DNA from: Antedon mediterranea
Lineage: Eukaryota; Animalia; Echinodermata
Length of the DNA stretch: 64,000 nt
Reading direction: 5' to 3'
Assembly: GCF_964355755.1 (NCBI RefSeq)
Contig: NC_092676.1
Location: forward strand, 1,617,788 to 1,681,787
A program made the translations under genes and the position numbers. The notes under the pieces were generated by a model. That model made no database searches, had not been told where the DNA came from, and saw only the letters and a program-made list of their open reading frames with translations. Below are positions 1 to 13,244 of the stretch, piece by piece (within the stretch, counting starts at the first letter, position 1; each line of letters starts with the position of its first letter).

Positions 1-264
1 TTGAGTGAGTCTTTGTAAATTACATTTTGAGGATGTAAAAAGTTGAAATATTGTAATGCACATATGAAATAAAAATCAAATCAGGACTTGAAAATTATCT
101 ATAAAAATGTAATAAATATCAATTTTCAATACAGTAGATTAGAACCCCCCCCCCCCCCCCACCCCTGAGAAAAAAACAAGGACTATTATATGTTTTAACA
201 CTACAGCCAACCCCTATTCAGGGGACACTTTGTTGGGCTCCTTCAGGACACTGTGACTTTGTTA

Positions 265-323
265 AGCTCTGTCTACACTATCAATCTTTATGTGAAAAAA
301 AGGTGTTTTTTGATAGTGTAGAC
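265..323. mobile_element. MITE family A (TIR AGCTCTGTCTACACTATCAAAC), internally deleted, nested in another MITE
   Basis: Both TIR cores are present. The copy sits inside a TACAG..CCCCTATTCAGGGGACAC..CTGTA element (about 202-359). Confidence 0.7.
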
Positions 324-1068
324 CCAAAGTGTCTCTATACTTATAGAGATTGCACTGTATTTCTATTGTATATATATATACAGGCCACAAACAACAACAT
401 TAAACAAAATGATTAACAATAGGTACTATTGAATATAGATGCTGTTTTTCTTGTATATATGTTGGTAGCAACTGATGCATGTAACAAACACTTGTCCCAA
501 AAATAAAACTTGGCACGGATGGTGAAGAGAAGCGATTAAATTTTGAAATTGGCAGAGAACCAAAATACTTTTGTAAGCTGATGAATCATGTGGTGCAAAT
601 CAGAGGATTTAATCAGATGTCCCTCAGGAAATCCTCTATAAATAAGATTCTAATTCTCTCAAATCCTTCAAATCTTGTCTTCTTGATTATTTAATAATTT
701 ATGCTCTGTTTTATGGTGTTGATGGTTCAGTAAGTAGATACTTCTTAATTCTTGGTTGGTCTTCTGGACAAGATTTTCATGCAAGCTAACTTAATTCAGA
801 CATACAGTACTAACTACTATTAGAATAGCATAACAATTCTGACAAAAAATCTTTAATTTGTCCTACTATGTTTTGAATGGTCACTAGCCCATGGGTGTAA
901 ACTTACGATGGAGAAGGTGTGGCATAACACAGAGGCTTAAGGCCTATGGTTCGGGAACCCTAAATGGCCCTCAAACGCTGGAGACCTTGGCCGTTTTTGA
1001 CTTTTTTCGACATATTTTAATGCCTGTTTTTTCCTCCGGGCACTGCTCTGGGGGTTTAGGGAATCTGC

Positions 1069-1963
1069 TTTTCCAATTTTGTGTGGCCCTATACCTTTTC
1101 CAATTGAGTGTGGCCCTATACCTTTTCCAATTGAGTGTGGCCCTATACCTTTTCCAATTGAGTGTGGCCCTATACCTTTTCCAATTGAGTGTGGCCCTAT
1201 ACCTTTTCCAATTGAGTGTGGCCCTATACCTTTTCCAATTGAGTGTGGCCCTATACCTTTTCCAATTGTGTGTGGCCCTATACCTTTTCCAATTGAGTGT
1301 GGCCCTATACCTTTTCCAATTGAGTGTGGCCCTATACCTTTTCCAATTGAGTGTGGCCCTATACCTTTTCCAATTGTGTGTGGCCCTATACCTTTTCCAA
1401 TTGAGTGTGGCCCTATACCTTTTCCAATTGAGTGTGGCCCTATACCTTTTCCAATTGAGTGTGGCCCTATACCTTTTCCAATTGTGTGTGGCCCTATACC
1501 TTTTCCAATTGTGTGTGGCCCTATACCTTTTCCAATTGTGTGTGGCCCTATACCTTTTCCAATTGAGTGTGGCCCTATACCTTTTCCAATTGTGTGTGGC
1601 CCTATACCTTTTCCAATTGAGTGTGGCCCTATACCTTTTCCAATTGAGTGTGGCCCTATACCTTTTCCAATTGAGTGTGGCCCTATACCTTTTCCAATTG
1701 AGTGTGGCCCTATACCTTTTCCAATTGAGTGTGGCCCTATACCTTTTCCAATTGTGTGTGGCCCTATACCTTTTCCAATTGAGTGTGGCCCTATACCTTT
1801 TCCAATTGAGTGTGGCCCTATACCTTTTCCAATTGAGTGTGGCCCTATACTTTTTCCAATTGAGTGTGGCCTTATACCTTTTCCAATTGAGTGTGGCCCT
1901 ATACCTTTTCCAATTGTGTGTGGCCCTATACCTTTTCCAATTGAGTGTGGCCCTATACCTTTT
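1069..1963. repeat. 27-bp minisatellite, about 33 copies
   Basis: Unit TTTTCCAATTG(A/T)GTGTGGCCCTATACC; copies near-identical except for one A/T polymorphism. Confidence 0.97.
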
Positions 1964-3357
1964 TTGCATCTTTTTTTAGAAAATTGTTGTACTCTTTAAT
2001 GTTGTTAGAATGTTTTTACTCTTCCTTTTTCTAAAATGTTGTCTTGCACAGTGTACTACTATACATACTGTTTTTGACACAGATCTTTGTTTCTTTGTGA
2101 AAGAATATTCTACATTGTCTGTCTAATGTCAGATTTTACATTATATATATATGTGTCTATAGTTACAGGCTGGTTGGTTCTTCTTGTCCTGACAGTAGTA
2201 AGAACAGCAGCTTATAGCATTTGCTATGTGACAGCAGGTTAGTGATGCTGCATGTCTCCACGACTGTTGCATCAACCTAACATGAATGGATTTGTCTTTA
2301 TAACATGCTAGCATACTACATTATCTTGAAGCAACTTGCATATTTGCACATTCATTCATGTTTGCCGCCGTCAAAAGCCCTGGACAATGCTCCTCCTACT
2401 TTGTTTTTCAAGTACACCTTCTGAGAGTGATTTTTCTACAAATATTGTGCTTAGACATTGTGGTATTTGTAATGTATCAAGTTTTGATCTTATATGTATC
2501 AGAAAAGCTGGATTTTAGCAACTTTTTGCAACTCACAGCTAGCCCGAAAAAAAATATTGTGTACATTTAAAAGTAGCATTAATCTAAATGCAAACTTGAT
2601 GTTAATGGCTACCAGATGTCTCTAAGAAGAAGGTTACTTGAACCAGTACCAGTATGTGTTGAAAACATTATCTGGTTTTTCACACTTTCCCATGACTCTT
2701 TTTAATCTTCCACTTGGTTTTTAGGAGATATCTGTACTTGTTACATTGCAATCACTTCATATGGAGATAATGTATCAGTATAAACTCTTGCAAAAGTATG
2801 TCCAATGTCACCTGTCATTTAATTCTATGCAAATCTATGATACACAATGTAATGAAAACAGATTGTTATGTTTATGTTTTGGCGATGCTTAGTGTGCTAG
2901 GTTGGCGTTTATCAATCTTTTTGCTTAAGTCAAGATAGTTGAACCATGCTTAAGTAAAAACACTGTTATTTATCCAACTTTTTTAGCTTAAAGAATGGAC
3001 TAAGTAAGGTTAAAGAAAAGAATATGCACAAATATTTGCTTAGGTTATTTTGAAAAACAACATTATTGACTTAAAACAACAAAACAAAAGTTTAAATATT
3101 TGTTGTGTTAAGCATGTTTTGTAAATCTAACCCTCTATCTATTCAGTACCTACACTATTCTTAGGTAAAGGAAAACGAAAGTAAAAATATATTAAATAGT
3201 ACTAGAAATACACATTGTGATATTTCTACTTAATGATGTCATCATCACGAATTTATATCAAAAGAAAATGAAATTATTTCACAACACATCATAACAGTAT
3301 TAGTTATAAAAAGATTGAATAAATTATGATTATTCATAAGCAATAAATATGGCTAAA

Positions 3358-3756
3358 TACAATAAAAACCCCTATTAAAGGACAATTTCAAGACCCAACA
3401 AAGTGTGCGAATAATAGGGATGTCTGAATTTGTGAGTTGTAGTGTTTAAATACCCCTCCACCCAAGAAAATTGTCCCAATAGGGTCTTTGGATTGGTTAG
3501 CTGTAGTGTTTAAACGTATATTCCCCCACCACTTCCACACAGGAAAGTGTCCTTTTCGTAGGGATGTCTGAACTGGTGAGCCTTAGTGTTTTAATATGTA
3601 TTTCTCCCTCCACACAGGGAAGTGTCTGTTTAATACAGGTGTCTGAATTGGTGAGCCTTAGTGTTTAAACACCTCCCCACTCCCCCTTCACACAGGAAAG
3701 TTTCCTCTTAATAGGGTATCTCTTGGATATGGTGGTAAAGGACAGCTTCTACTGTA
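3358..3756. mobile_element. Degenerate TA-flanked MITE with internally expanded GTGTC...AATAGGG repeats
   Basis: Related to 202-359 and about 44383-44565 (ACCCCTATT..GGAC left end, TTCTACTGTA right end). Confidence 0.5.
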
Positions 3757-4318
3757 TTTTATACAACAAAGTACATTTCTGCGAATGTCATTGCATTCAC
3801 TAATCAGTAATACTGTAAGTAACATGTTTGTGAATGATTAAACATTCTTCTGTCAGAAATCATGTGGATCACATTAATGTGAATGTTTCTTCTTATGTTT
3901 CACCCTCAAGGTTAGCTGATGTTCTTTGCAAAATATGTAAGGTTATCCAACAAGTATGATTTATGATTTTTAGGTAGAATTTATTCTTTATCGTAACCAA
4001 TGCAATGTCTTTACGAGGCTTGTATACTAAGGTATATGATTGATACTGAATTTTTACCGTAAGGCTTTTAGGACAAAAAGGTTTACAAACAATGAAAATG
4101 CAAATCAGTTTCTAATGCGAGGAAATAAATAGAACAATTTAGAGATAACCATTTAAATGGCCGCATCACCATTTATCGAACACTACTTTTCCTACATCAA
4201 TGCAAAATCAAAAAATTTTACATCTCTCTGGCAAAATATAATACTTATTTGTTTACATTTTTATTTTTCGACAATGTTATTTTAAAGCTCTTTCTACTGT
4301 TCACCTATTGTACCTTTA

Positions 4319-4471
4319 TTCTCTTTCTACACTATCAAACCTTATGTGACAAAAAAATGTGTCCAAACATGGTGGTAATATGCTCAAATATGGTAGTGAT
4401 ATGACATGTCCATACATGGCATACCACATTTTGTTGTCACTTAATTAAAGTTTGATAGTGTAGATAGAGCT
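4319..4471. mobile_element. MITE family A copy
   Basis: CTCTTTCTACACTATCAAAC ... GTTTGATAGTGTAGATAGAGCT with the AAATATGGTAGTGATATG interior. Confidence 0.8.
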
Positions 4472-5151
4472 GTAGGACCAAAAAATGCAACGTTCTGTTG
4501 TTTATATCAAAATATAACCGATTCCTAGTAGAAACACACCCTAAATCTCCTGTAGTTTGTTCTGTATCCATAACAAACATTTTAAAATGTCAGATTTGGT
4601 TTCCATAGGCTGGAACGCCTCTATCTTATTATGTATTTATGAACTATCTATTTTTAGATACAATTAAAAGAACTAATCTCCATTCATATACAAAACATAT
4701 TATGTTGCTGCATTATTAAACAGATAATAACAATAACAATCAATGTACCAATGTACAACAGATAGCATGGTGTAGTGTATTTATATATCGTTATATAGCC
4801 TACCGTGGCTAAAAAAGATTTTCTAAGTTGATCCCTAGCATTATGATGGAATACGAGTTTGGTAGTTAAATATTTATTTATTTTATATTATTTACTTAGT
4901 GCTATTGGCTTATCTCTTGTATAGATACGACTGGAAGTATTTCATTTTTAATGTTCATATTTAAGTATTGACATTTAAAAATAACCTTATAAGATGCTCT
5001 AAATTCAAAATTAAATTTGCAGAGGCTTGGATCAGCTCAGTGGGGATCTAGTGTGCCTGCTGTATTTATCATTTAGTGAGTGTTGTATATAATATGGTGG
5101 TTTCATGGTTCTGGTCAAAACAACCCAAACACACTTACAACTTTTGTGTAA

Positions 5152-5312
5152 ACCCTTGTCTACACTATCATTATCAAACTTTATGTGACAAAAAGTATCC
5201 AAATATGGTAGTTATATTCCCAAATATGGTAGTGATATGACATCATCATGGTCATATATGGGCACATTACATTTTTTTTTGTCATGTAAAGTTTGATAGT
5301 GTGGACAAGGCT
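5152..5312. mobile_element. MITE family A copy
   Basis: TIRs ACCCTTGTCTACACTATC / GATAGTGTGGACAAGGCT; flanks TAA and TTA. Confidence 0.85.
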
Positions 5313-5599
5313 TTACAATTTATAGTAGTAAACAATTTTGACAGGAATTATTTTATACAAGTTCTAGTGACTGCTGATTAGTTGTCCATTATAAATTCAT
5401 ATATATGGTTGTCCTGTCATGTATATATATATAGAAAATTATATTATTTATATGAATTAAAACACTATATTTAAAATTAAAAACATTGTTATTATTAGAA
5501 TATTGTTGGGTAATGATAGAAACATAGGTGTCATCTAATAAAGGAGTCAGACCCTGAGTGAACAGGCTTCATTCCAAGAAATTGCTATCATGTTTAATG

Positions 5600-5720
5600 T
5601 AATAGCTCTGTATAGGGGGGAGGTGCTCTCATTGCCTCATCTTTTGGATAAGACAGTTAGCCGTTGGTCCAATCTACAACATTACATACAGTAGACCCTA
5701 CATTTGTATGGCTATAATAA
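5600..5720 (+). mobile_element. SINE central-domain fragment (Deu/Nin-domain-like)
   Basis: TTGCCTCATCTTTTGGATAAGACAGTTAGCCGTTGGTCC resembles the conserved TCTTTCGGATGAGACGTTAAACCG core, recalled from memory. Confidence 0.4.
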
Positions 5721-6444
5721 GTTAAGCTACATTAATATATTGACATACCTGGATTGACATTATTCAGTATGTGGTATAAATACATTAAATGACATAACAT
5801 ATGCTATCAACACATGGTCATGTTGACTGATAGGCTATTGATTTAATAACATATTCATGTTGCTCATAAAGTTACTGTCTCATTACCAACATTATTGTAC
5901 CATTGGCATCATAGTATTAATAGAATTATATCATAAATGAATTATTTACATAGGTGGAACAGATCGAATAGAGTTAAGTTTCAGCAGTTTAAGTTTACAA
6001 TGTTCAGACCCTATACATATATCTACCATTCATGTAGCTGGCCTTTATAAATCATAAAACTTTGTGCAAAAGCAGGTAGATTTTTAAGTAGTGTATGAAC
6101 GGCGCCATACTGTAATGTAAAACATATAGAAAGTCTACTAAGTCAAGATATAATGTAGATTCATTTTCAATTTGTTTAGTATATTCTCAAGTGTGTAAAC
6201 TAATTAATATATACTGATGTATCCAAAGGTTGTAATAAGACATAGCGAACTGGATTACATCTATTTATTCATCAAGCAGTGGGATTTACAGAGAGAGAGA
6301 AAAAGGAGATATAACATTCAGTGTATTCATGATAAAATAAATTAACAGGCACAGAAGAAATATTAAACCGCTCGTTATATATAATGAAAATTAATTATTT
6401 AAAAATGATAAAGATGAGGAAATCTGTGAGAATGAGGAAAAAAG

Positions 6445-6512
6445 GTGCACCAACCAAGATTCGAACCTGTAAGCTTCTGCTTGATATGCCTATCCATTCA
6501 ACCACTGGGGCC
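6445..6512 (-). pseudogene. Degenerate tRNA or SINE head
   Basis: Minus strand CAGTGGTTGAATGGATA...CAGGTTCGAATCTTGGTTGGTGCACC has A and B boxes, but the anticodon arm is decayed. Confidence 0.5.
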
Positions 6513-7657
6513 CTCATTTATATATTGTATTTTATGATCTAAAACAGTACTGCTACCTATAAAGGTTATTTTATTTTCCATATTAATCAGAAGTTCACTC
6601 ATCCAAAAAACAAATATTAAAGGGGGTATGATGACAAACTAATAACACACCTTTGGATGTCCGACACCTTTGCATGCATCCAATCAAAAGTGACTCCTAC
6701 AATCAAATTATAATTAAAACTTTAATAATAAGCCTTGACTTGATCCAGGGTTTTATCATTCACACCCACCCTGGTAAAACGCTTGTTTGTTTACAAATTC
6801 CCTGGATGCGCTACTGTCGTACCACATGTTAATTTCAACACTTTGCATAATAATGTATTATAATAATGGGCTTTCATTACAATGCCAATATGTTTATCTT
6901 TTAAGTATCATCGAATATAATAATGTGTAGGTAGTGCTGTAGAATTTCTATGTCAAAGAAGTCCTAAATTTTAGTCTCTCAAATTGTGCTCAGAAGAATA
7001 GAATTTTTGAAGAGGGGTGGGCTCAGTATTTTTTGGGGGAGGGGGGTGGAGGGGGGGGGGGGTGTAAGAGTTGTACAAAAGTATGTTCAGTATTATTATC
7101 GGGAGAGTATGGTGGTACGATATTGATGTATCATTACATTAATGATGTATTCAGAATTGGAACTTTCTGTTTTACAATTTTTAAAAATATTTACTGTATA
7201 CTGTAAATAAAAACGAAAAAATAACAAAATTGTGATACAATAAACCTCTGTTTCACTACTCCAATACTTAATACCATAAACCAAATAATATTGATTGTTA
7301 TCTTTTCTTCTTGTTATCTTTTATCATACAATTTTTCTATATAATAATATTGAAGCGTTAAGTGTATTTTTGTACCGGTCACGGTTCAATGATCATGGAC
7401 TTGGATAAGTGCCAAATGTTTTTGCATGCACCACCAGCAGCAGCAGCAGCAGCTAATGAAATCTGCTTGCATCAACAATGCAGAATATCGATAACATACT
7501 TATTATTGCTCAGTGTGCAGCGCTATTGTTATTATAATTATGTTGCGTTAAAATCATATATCAAAGGGTACTGGTGGAAATTCCAAACAGTTAATTTTGT
7601 CAACAATAACAAACACTATCGTATTGTGTACCTTTCGTAAATGGTGATTACATTTTC

Positions 7658-7784
7658 CAGGGGCGGATCGAGGATGGAAGCAGGCGCACTCTGCCCCATT
7701 TGGCATCTGAAATTAAAACTACGTTTTGATTTCTATTTTTTACATACTATTATTATTATTTAAACAAATTCTGGATCCGGCCCT
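7658..7784. mobile_element. hAT-like MITE (CAGGGGCGGATC...GGATCCGGCCCT)
   Basis: Short GC-rich TIRs; related copy at about 47569-47714; TSD not resolved. Confidence 0.55.
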
Positions 7785-9554
7785 TTTTTCTGTCAAATAT
7801 TCCAACATTCACTATGATACCAAAAAAAATGAACGAAAATTTCCTTTGAAACATGGATTTTAGCCACTTAAAAGCAATCATCAGCTATCTCCGACACATT
7901 TGGCTGAAATAAAGATTTGGTAGCCTAATAATAAAAGTATACACAATTCTAGAGGAATAGTTGAATGGTATTAAACCATTGTGTCATGAGCTGCCCATTC
8001 AATAAACATTTTACAGCGAGCACATACTGGTAAATACTTGTAAACTTGCCAAATTCCATCCCATAATTGGGTCTAATACTACCTGCATATTATACAGATT
8101 TTAATATACATTTTAACTATTATTATTATTATTATTATCATTAATCTTATACAATAGAAGGTAAAGTAATTTAATAGAAATTTGAATTATTTCAATTTAT
8201 CAGTTGCATAATTTCAGCATTTATTACAAATAAACGCTGTTTGTTTTCTTTTTTCTTGCTGTTTTCCTTCATCTGCCTTAATCTGCCTTAATCTGCCTTA
8301 ATCTGTGTACACATAGCAAATGCTATTTTATTCCATGTATCATTATCTAAATATCAAAAGATGCTTTTTTTCAAAATCTTAAATAACAACTAATACTAGA
8401 AACCTAAAGAACGTTAAGAATTAGAAAAACCATCTGTTTAAAACTTGTGTCCTTAATTTTGATCCCTACTAATAGAAGATTAGAGAAAGCATATAGCTGT
8501 TGAAATGTCAGTAGCAGAACAAAGGTATGTTTATTCCTTTCCCTGGTTTTGCCAGCAAGATTTGCCAGACTTAATTGGGTCCAACCAGTGTTTAAAATGG
8601 TGTAAGAAAATTATACATAAAACAAGAGTAATCAATGGCTATTTTGTCAAATTTGATAAAAAAAAGTACAATATTATTTGACTCTTTTGTATTAATAGAT
8701 TAGTTTATTTCATAGTATTTCAATAATTTGGTACTTCACTTAGTTGTCCGGACTTTGCAAATTGAGAGATCTAACAGCGAATACCTGCATCTTTCAAAGG
8801 TATCAAAGCCTGTAGTGTATCTCTTCTTTATTTTCAACCTATGACCTTTGACACATAATATTTTCTAAGAAAGTTGACAGGAATCTCGTTCTTGGAATTC
8901 GTATTATGATTTATATTACTCTATCAATTTTCTTTTCACTGCTGCAACTCTGATTTGCTATTGTAAATTACTAAAGCAAATAACTATAAATATATTTTAT
9001 AAAATTAATCAAAATTTTGTATTGCATGTAAGTCTGTGCTAATTAGTTTTACAATCAATTCTTTGAAATGTGTAATATGCCTATAATTAATCATTTTTGT
9101 ACAAATACAATTTTCAGCATTTTATGCTGCAATGTACTTGATTATTGAATGAAGATACTGAGTATATAATTGGAAAACTCAGTTCATCTATTTTTGCTTT
9201 TTTTTTTGTGAAATTAAAATGAAAAAATGTTGTATTTTTTTTTAGGAAAAAGTTTAGTTTCTAAGAGAGTAAATAAATAAATATAAATTTATAGTAAATT
9301 TTGAGTTGACCAATCACAAGCAACAGTTCAGACAATTCATTGCGTTGTGATTGGCCAAAGTACTTTCTCTCTGCCTATTTTGATACAACTGGGAACCAGG
9401 CGAAGGAATAACTTATTTGTAATTAAACTATTTAGATTGAAATATTGAATGATGTTATTTAAGTACAGTACACAAATTTCATTTCGTTAACTTCCCATCA
9501 AGATATTTCCTAAAATACTTAACTTTAACCTTGATGTTTATTTTTGTTTTGTAG

Positions 9555-10440
9555 GTGACGTTGAAGAAGAAGTTCCTGAATGGGAAAAGGAACTTCAGCA
9601 AGAGCTTGAAGTAAGTTGATTTAGTTACTTATTAATTAAGTTCATATAGTCACTTTTTAAGTTCATATAGTCACTTTGTAACTTCATATAGTCACTTTGT
9701 AACTTCATATAGTCACTTTGTAACTTCATATAGTCACTTTTTAAGTTCATATAGCCAATGGTCATCACTTGGTCTGATTATTCAATCATTCTATTTTTAA
9801 TCGGAGAGGAAGAAATCCCACTGAGCATGCCCAGTAATTATAATCCAATTGATGACTCATCAAGTACTGATGTGTGATATTGCACATTGTTTCTAATCTT
9901 TCCTGTTTACAAAACATTAATATGAATAAAAAATGGATTAAATAGTTTATAAACTAATTCCTTCCGTGACACAAATAAAACAGGTCCAATTAAGATTCAT
10001 AATCAAATCATCGTCAGATGTACTACAAGTGGTATACAAACTAATTACATTATTAATTTTAACTTGGTATCATAACATAGCATCCCAGAAAATAATTTTA
10101 CCAATTTTTCACAATTGCTAGTTTAACATTTCAATACTGCTGGTTGGAATGTTGTTGTCTTGGACCTTGATCTGATAATTCTGACATGAATTAATGAATT
10201 TACCAACAAACTTGCTAGTTGTGTTGCTCATTTTGAGCAATAAATAAATAAATATCTAGCCCTGAAACCACGCCTTCTCTGTTTTCCTTTGAACTAGCTC
10301 CCTATATTATATATGTTGTTAAATTCCTGTAGGATTTTGAAGTAGTGGACGAGGCCGAGGGTGACGTCAACGATGAATGGGAGGATGAAATTAACCAGAT
10401 GCTAGAAGCAGAGGTAGAGGCAGACCAGCATAAAAACTAA
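9555..10440 (+). CDS. SYAP1: Synapse-associated protein 1 (BSD-domain protein), last two coding exons; the rest of the gene lies upstream of the window
   Basis: Exons 9555-9610 (AG..GT; xDVEEEVPEWEKELQQELE) and 10333-10440 (DFEVVDEAEGDVNDEWEDEINQMLEAEVEADQHKN*) join in frame. WEKELQQEL-x-[DE][FY]EVV...W..EI..ML matches the SYAP1 C-terminus as I recall it. No further exon recognised in 1-9554. Confidence 0.8.
9611..9755 (+). repeat. 21-bp tandem repeat derived from the SYAP1 splice donor
   Basis: Donor copy GTAAGTTGATTTAGTTACTT at 9611, then copies at 9636, 9657, 9678, 9699, 9720 and 9741 of (T/G)TAA(G/C)TTCATATAGTCACTTT. Confidence 0.85.
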
Positions 10441-10672
10441 GGGTGTGTTCACACACCATGCTTACTGTAGCAGACCAACATGAAAACTAAGGATATGTTC
10501 AGACACACCATGCTTACTGTAGCAGCAGACCAACATGAAACTAAGGTTGTGTTCAGAAACCAGCCTTATTGTAGCAGCAGACCACCAACACAAAAACTAA
10601 GGGCATGTTCAGACACCAGGCTTACCTAGCAGCAGACTAACATAAATTCTAAGAGTGCGTTCAGACACACCA
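10414..10672 (+). repeat. Degenerate 50-56-bp tandem repeat spanning the SYAP1 stop codon, 5 copies
   Basis: GCAGACCA.CAT.AAAACTAAGG..TGTTC..ACACCA unit; TAA at 10438 (true stop), 10488, 10542, 10598, 10650. Confidence 0.85.
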
Positions 10673-11113
10673 AACTTTGTGTAGAAGTAAATAATGTATT
10701 ATACACTGTATATAAAAACTGTGGAATTGTGGGAATTATATACAACTAGATATTTAACAGGTAACACTAGTGTCACACTATTTTGTAAGATTTCACTAAC
10801 TTATATTCTCATTTATTCGTTTCGAGTGTCAAATCCACACCATTGGTTGTCCACGTGTAAATACTGTACACAGAACAAGGATTTGTTAAGGAATGCATTT
10901 CAAAATTACTGATATTTGCATACATAAAGATGTTTGTCTTAATTCACTCTTCATGACTTGATATAATTAATAATTTATAATATATATTGCAATAAACTGA
11001 AAGTTATTAATACAATCATTAGAACACAGAAAATAACCACTTTAAAGAAAAGTGTCCAAAAAAAAAAATAAAAATAAATATATATACCGTATTTATGTGC
11101 CAGTATCCACCAT

Positions 11114-11889
11114 CATTTAGATGCTCATGATGAAGAGTTAGGTTGTTCACACCACACTCATTGCAGACACAGAGATGTAGCATCAATGATCAACATTTAG
11201 ATGCTCATGATTTAGAGTTAGCTTGTTCACACCACGCTCATTGCAGACACAGAGATGTAGCATCAATTATCAACATTTAGATGCTCATGATGTAGAGTTA
11301 GGTTGTTCACACCACGCTCATTGCAGACACAGATATGTAGCATCAATGATCAACATTTAGATGCTCATGATGTAGAGTTAGGTTGTTCACACCACGCGCA
11401 ATGCAGACACAGAGATGTAGCATCAATTATCAACATTTAGATGCTCATGATGTAGAGTTAGGTTGTTCACACCACGCTCATTGCAGACACAGAGATGTAG
11501 CATCAATTATCAACATTTAGATGCTCATGATGTAGAGTTCGGTTGTTCACACCATGCTCATTGCAGACACAGAGATGTAGCATCAATTATCAACATTTAG
11601 ATGCTCATGATGTAGAGTTAGGTTGTTCACACCACGCGCAATGCAGACACAGAGATGTAGCATCAATTATCAACATTTAGATGCTCATGATGTAGAGTTA
11701 GGTTGTTCACACCACGCTCATTGCAGACACAGATATGTAGCATCAATGATCAACATTTAGATGCTCATGATGTAGAGTTAGGTTGTTCACACCACGCGCA
11801 ATGCAGACACAGATATGTAGCATCAATTATCAACATTTAGATGCTCATGATGTAGAGTTAGGTTGTTCACACCACGCTCATTGCAGACA
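11114..11889. repeat. 80-bp tandem repeat, about 9.7 copies
   Basis: Unit CATTTAGATGCTCATGATGTAGAGTTAGGTTGTTCACACCACGCTCATTGCAGACACAGAGATGTAGCATCAAT(G/T)ATCAA at 11114, 11194, 11274 and onward. Confidence 0.97.
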
Positions 11890-13244
11890 GTACACAGAGT
11901 AATTAATATCTGTAAATTAAAATAAAGTATAACAGTTTATGGTATTAATTGATTAATTGGTGTCAGAATGTACCTTTATGGTATGGTGGACTAATTTATT
12001 ATGTTTCACTGGTTAGATAAGTATATAGATAAGTATACAATTATTTAATTTAATTATACTTCTATTAATATTATTACATTTTTGTTATCACATTATAAAT
12101 TGTTTTAGTAAAGATTAAAAATTAATATAACTTAATGTGTTTGATATCTGTTGACAGACTATTAATATTATATGTTCACGCCCTCTCAATAGCTCCTCTT
12201 CCCCGTTTGAAAATGATTTGATCCGTTGCCCATTCTCCCATACATTAAAGGAGATTTTATCAAGGGGAGGGTCATGTATATTACACTAGTACGGAATCTA
12301 TGTCATTCATTGTCATTATTTTATAAATCCAAAGAAAGCCAATCCTACAAAAAACGCCAAAGTCAATTTTTTCATCCATTTTAATAAAACCAACCCAAAA
12401 ACTACTGACAGTTTTACATGGTTTCCCTCATCATCCAGAGGAAATGATGCGTATTTTCAATGACCTAACATAAGTGCTTTTATGATAATTTAAAGGCCTT
12501 CCAATGAATGGAACAGGCAGGTTGTAAAAAGATAAGTGGACCATAACAGCGGAAATCGTTGTATAGGTCTACTATACAACGCAATAATAATACAAGGCAA
12601 AAAGTAGACTTCCAGTAGTCAGAGTCGTATCCGATGTAACGTAACCGGGGGAACGTGACACGCACATTTTGTGCCAAAAAAAGTTAAACCGATAGAAGAG
12701 TAGAAGCACCGTATTTAATTTTACTTTTATTGGCATCGCCGCAGTAAAGCACTTTTTACGCAACGCGCAGCTGTCGTGTGATTAAGATAAATTCAGTATA
12801 GATTTCCTTATTTGTTTGTCCTCCATCAATGAAATTACTGTGAAATTAAAACGACCTTGGTGGGGTTGATGACCTCTTAATACGCGGTTACTAATGGTCA
12901 CCGTCCTAATTATGCAATTTAAAAACTTTGATTTTATTACGACGACGAAGTTCAATATTAATGATTACTTCCAGTCCGTATACAGCATACAAAGCGTCAA
13001 TATTGTCGTCTGCCAACGATGTTGTCATGCATGAAACATGCTTTTGTCTCTCGCACTCAGTTTGTAACAATTCACTCGTTTGTTAATTATTATTTTAGAA
13101 TGAATTATTAAGTTTCAGCGATGGTTTTATTGTTCGTGAATGCATGTGTTCGTAAATTTAATATAATATACATACTGTACATACAATTAAAATCAATGTG
13201 CAGGAGATACCATGCCAATAACATAATTATACGGTGATGGTTTA

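Noticed and set aside
891-1999. Three overlapping 300+ aa ORFs
   Set aside because: Artefacts of a stop-free 27-bp minisatellite; 9-aa repeats in several frames with no protein-like features.
1-9554. Further SYAP1 exons or a nested gene in the long intron
   Set aside because: No splice-bounded ORF with BSD-domain or other recognisable similarity found; small exons could have been missed.
11114-11889. Possible CRISPR-like array (also considered for the 27-, 65- and 183-bp arrays)
   Set aside because: Units are head-to-tail with no unique spacers, and no cas-like genes are present in this eukaryotic context.
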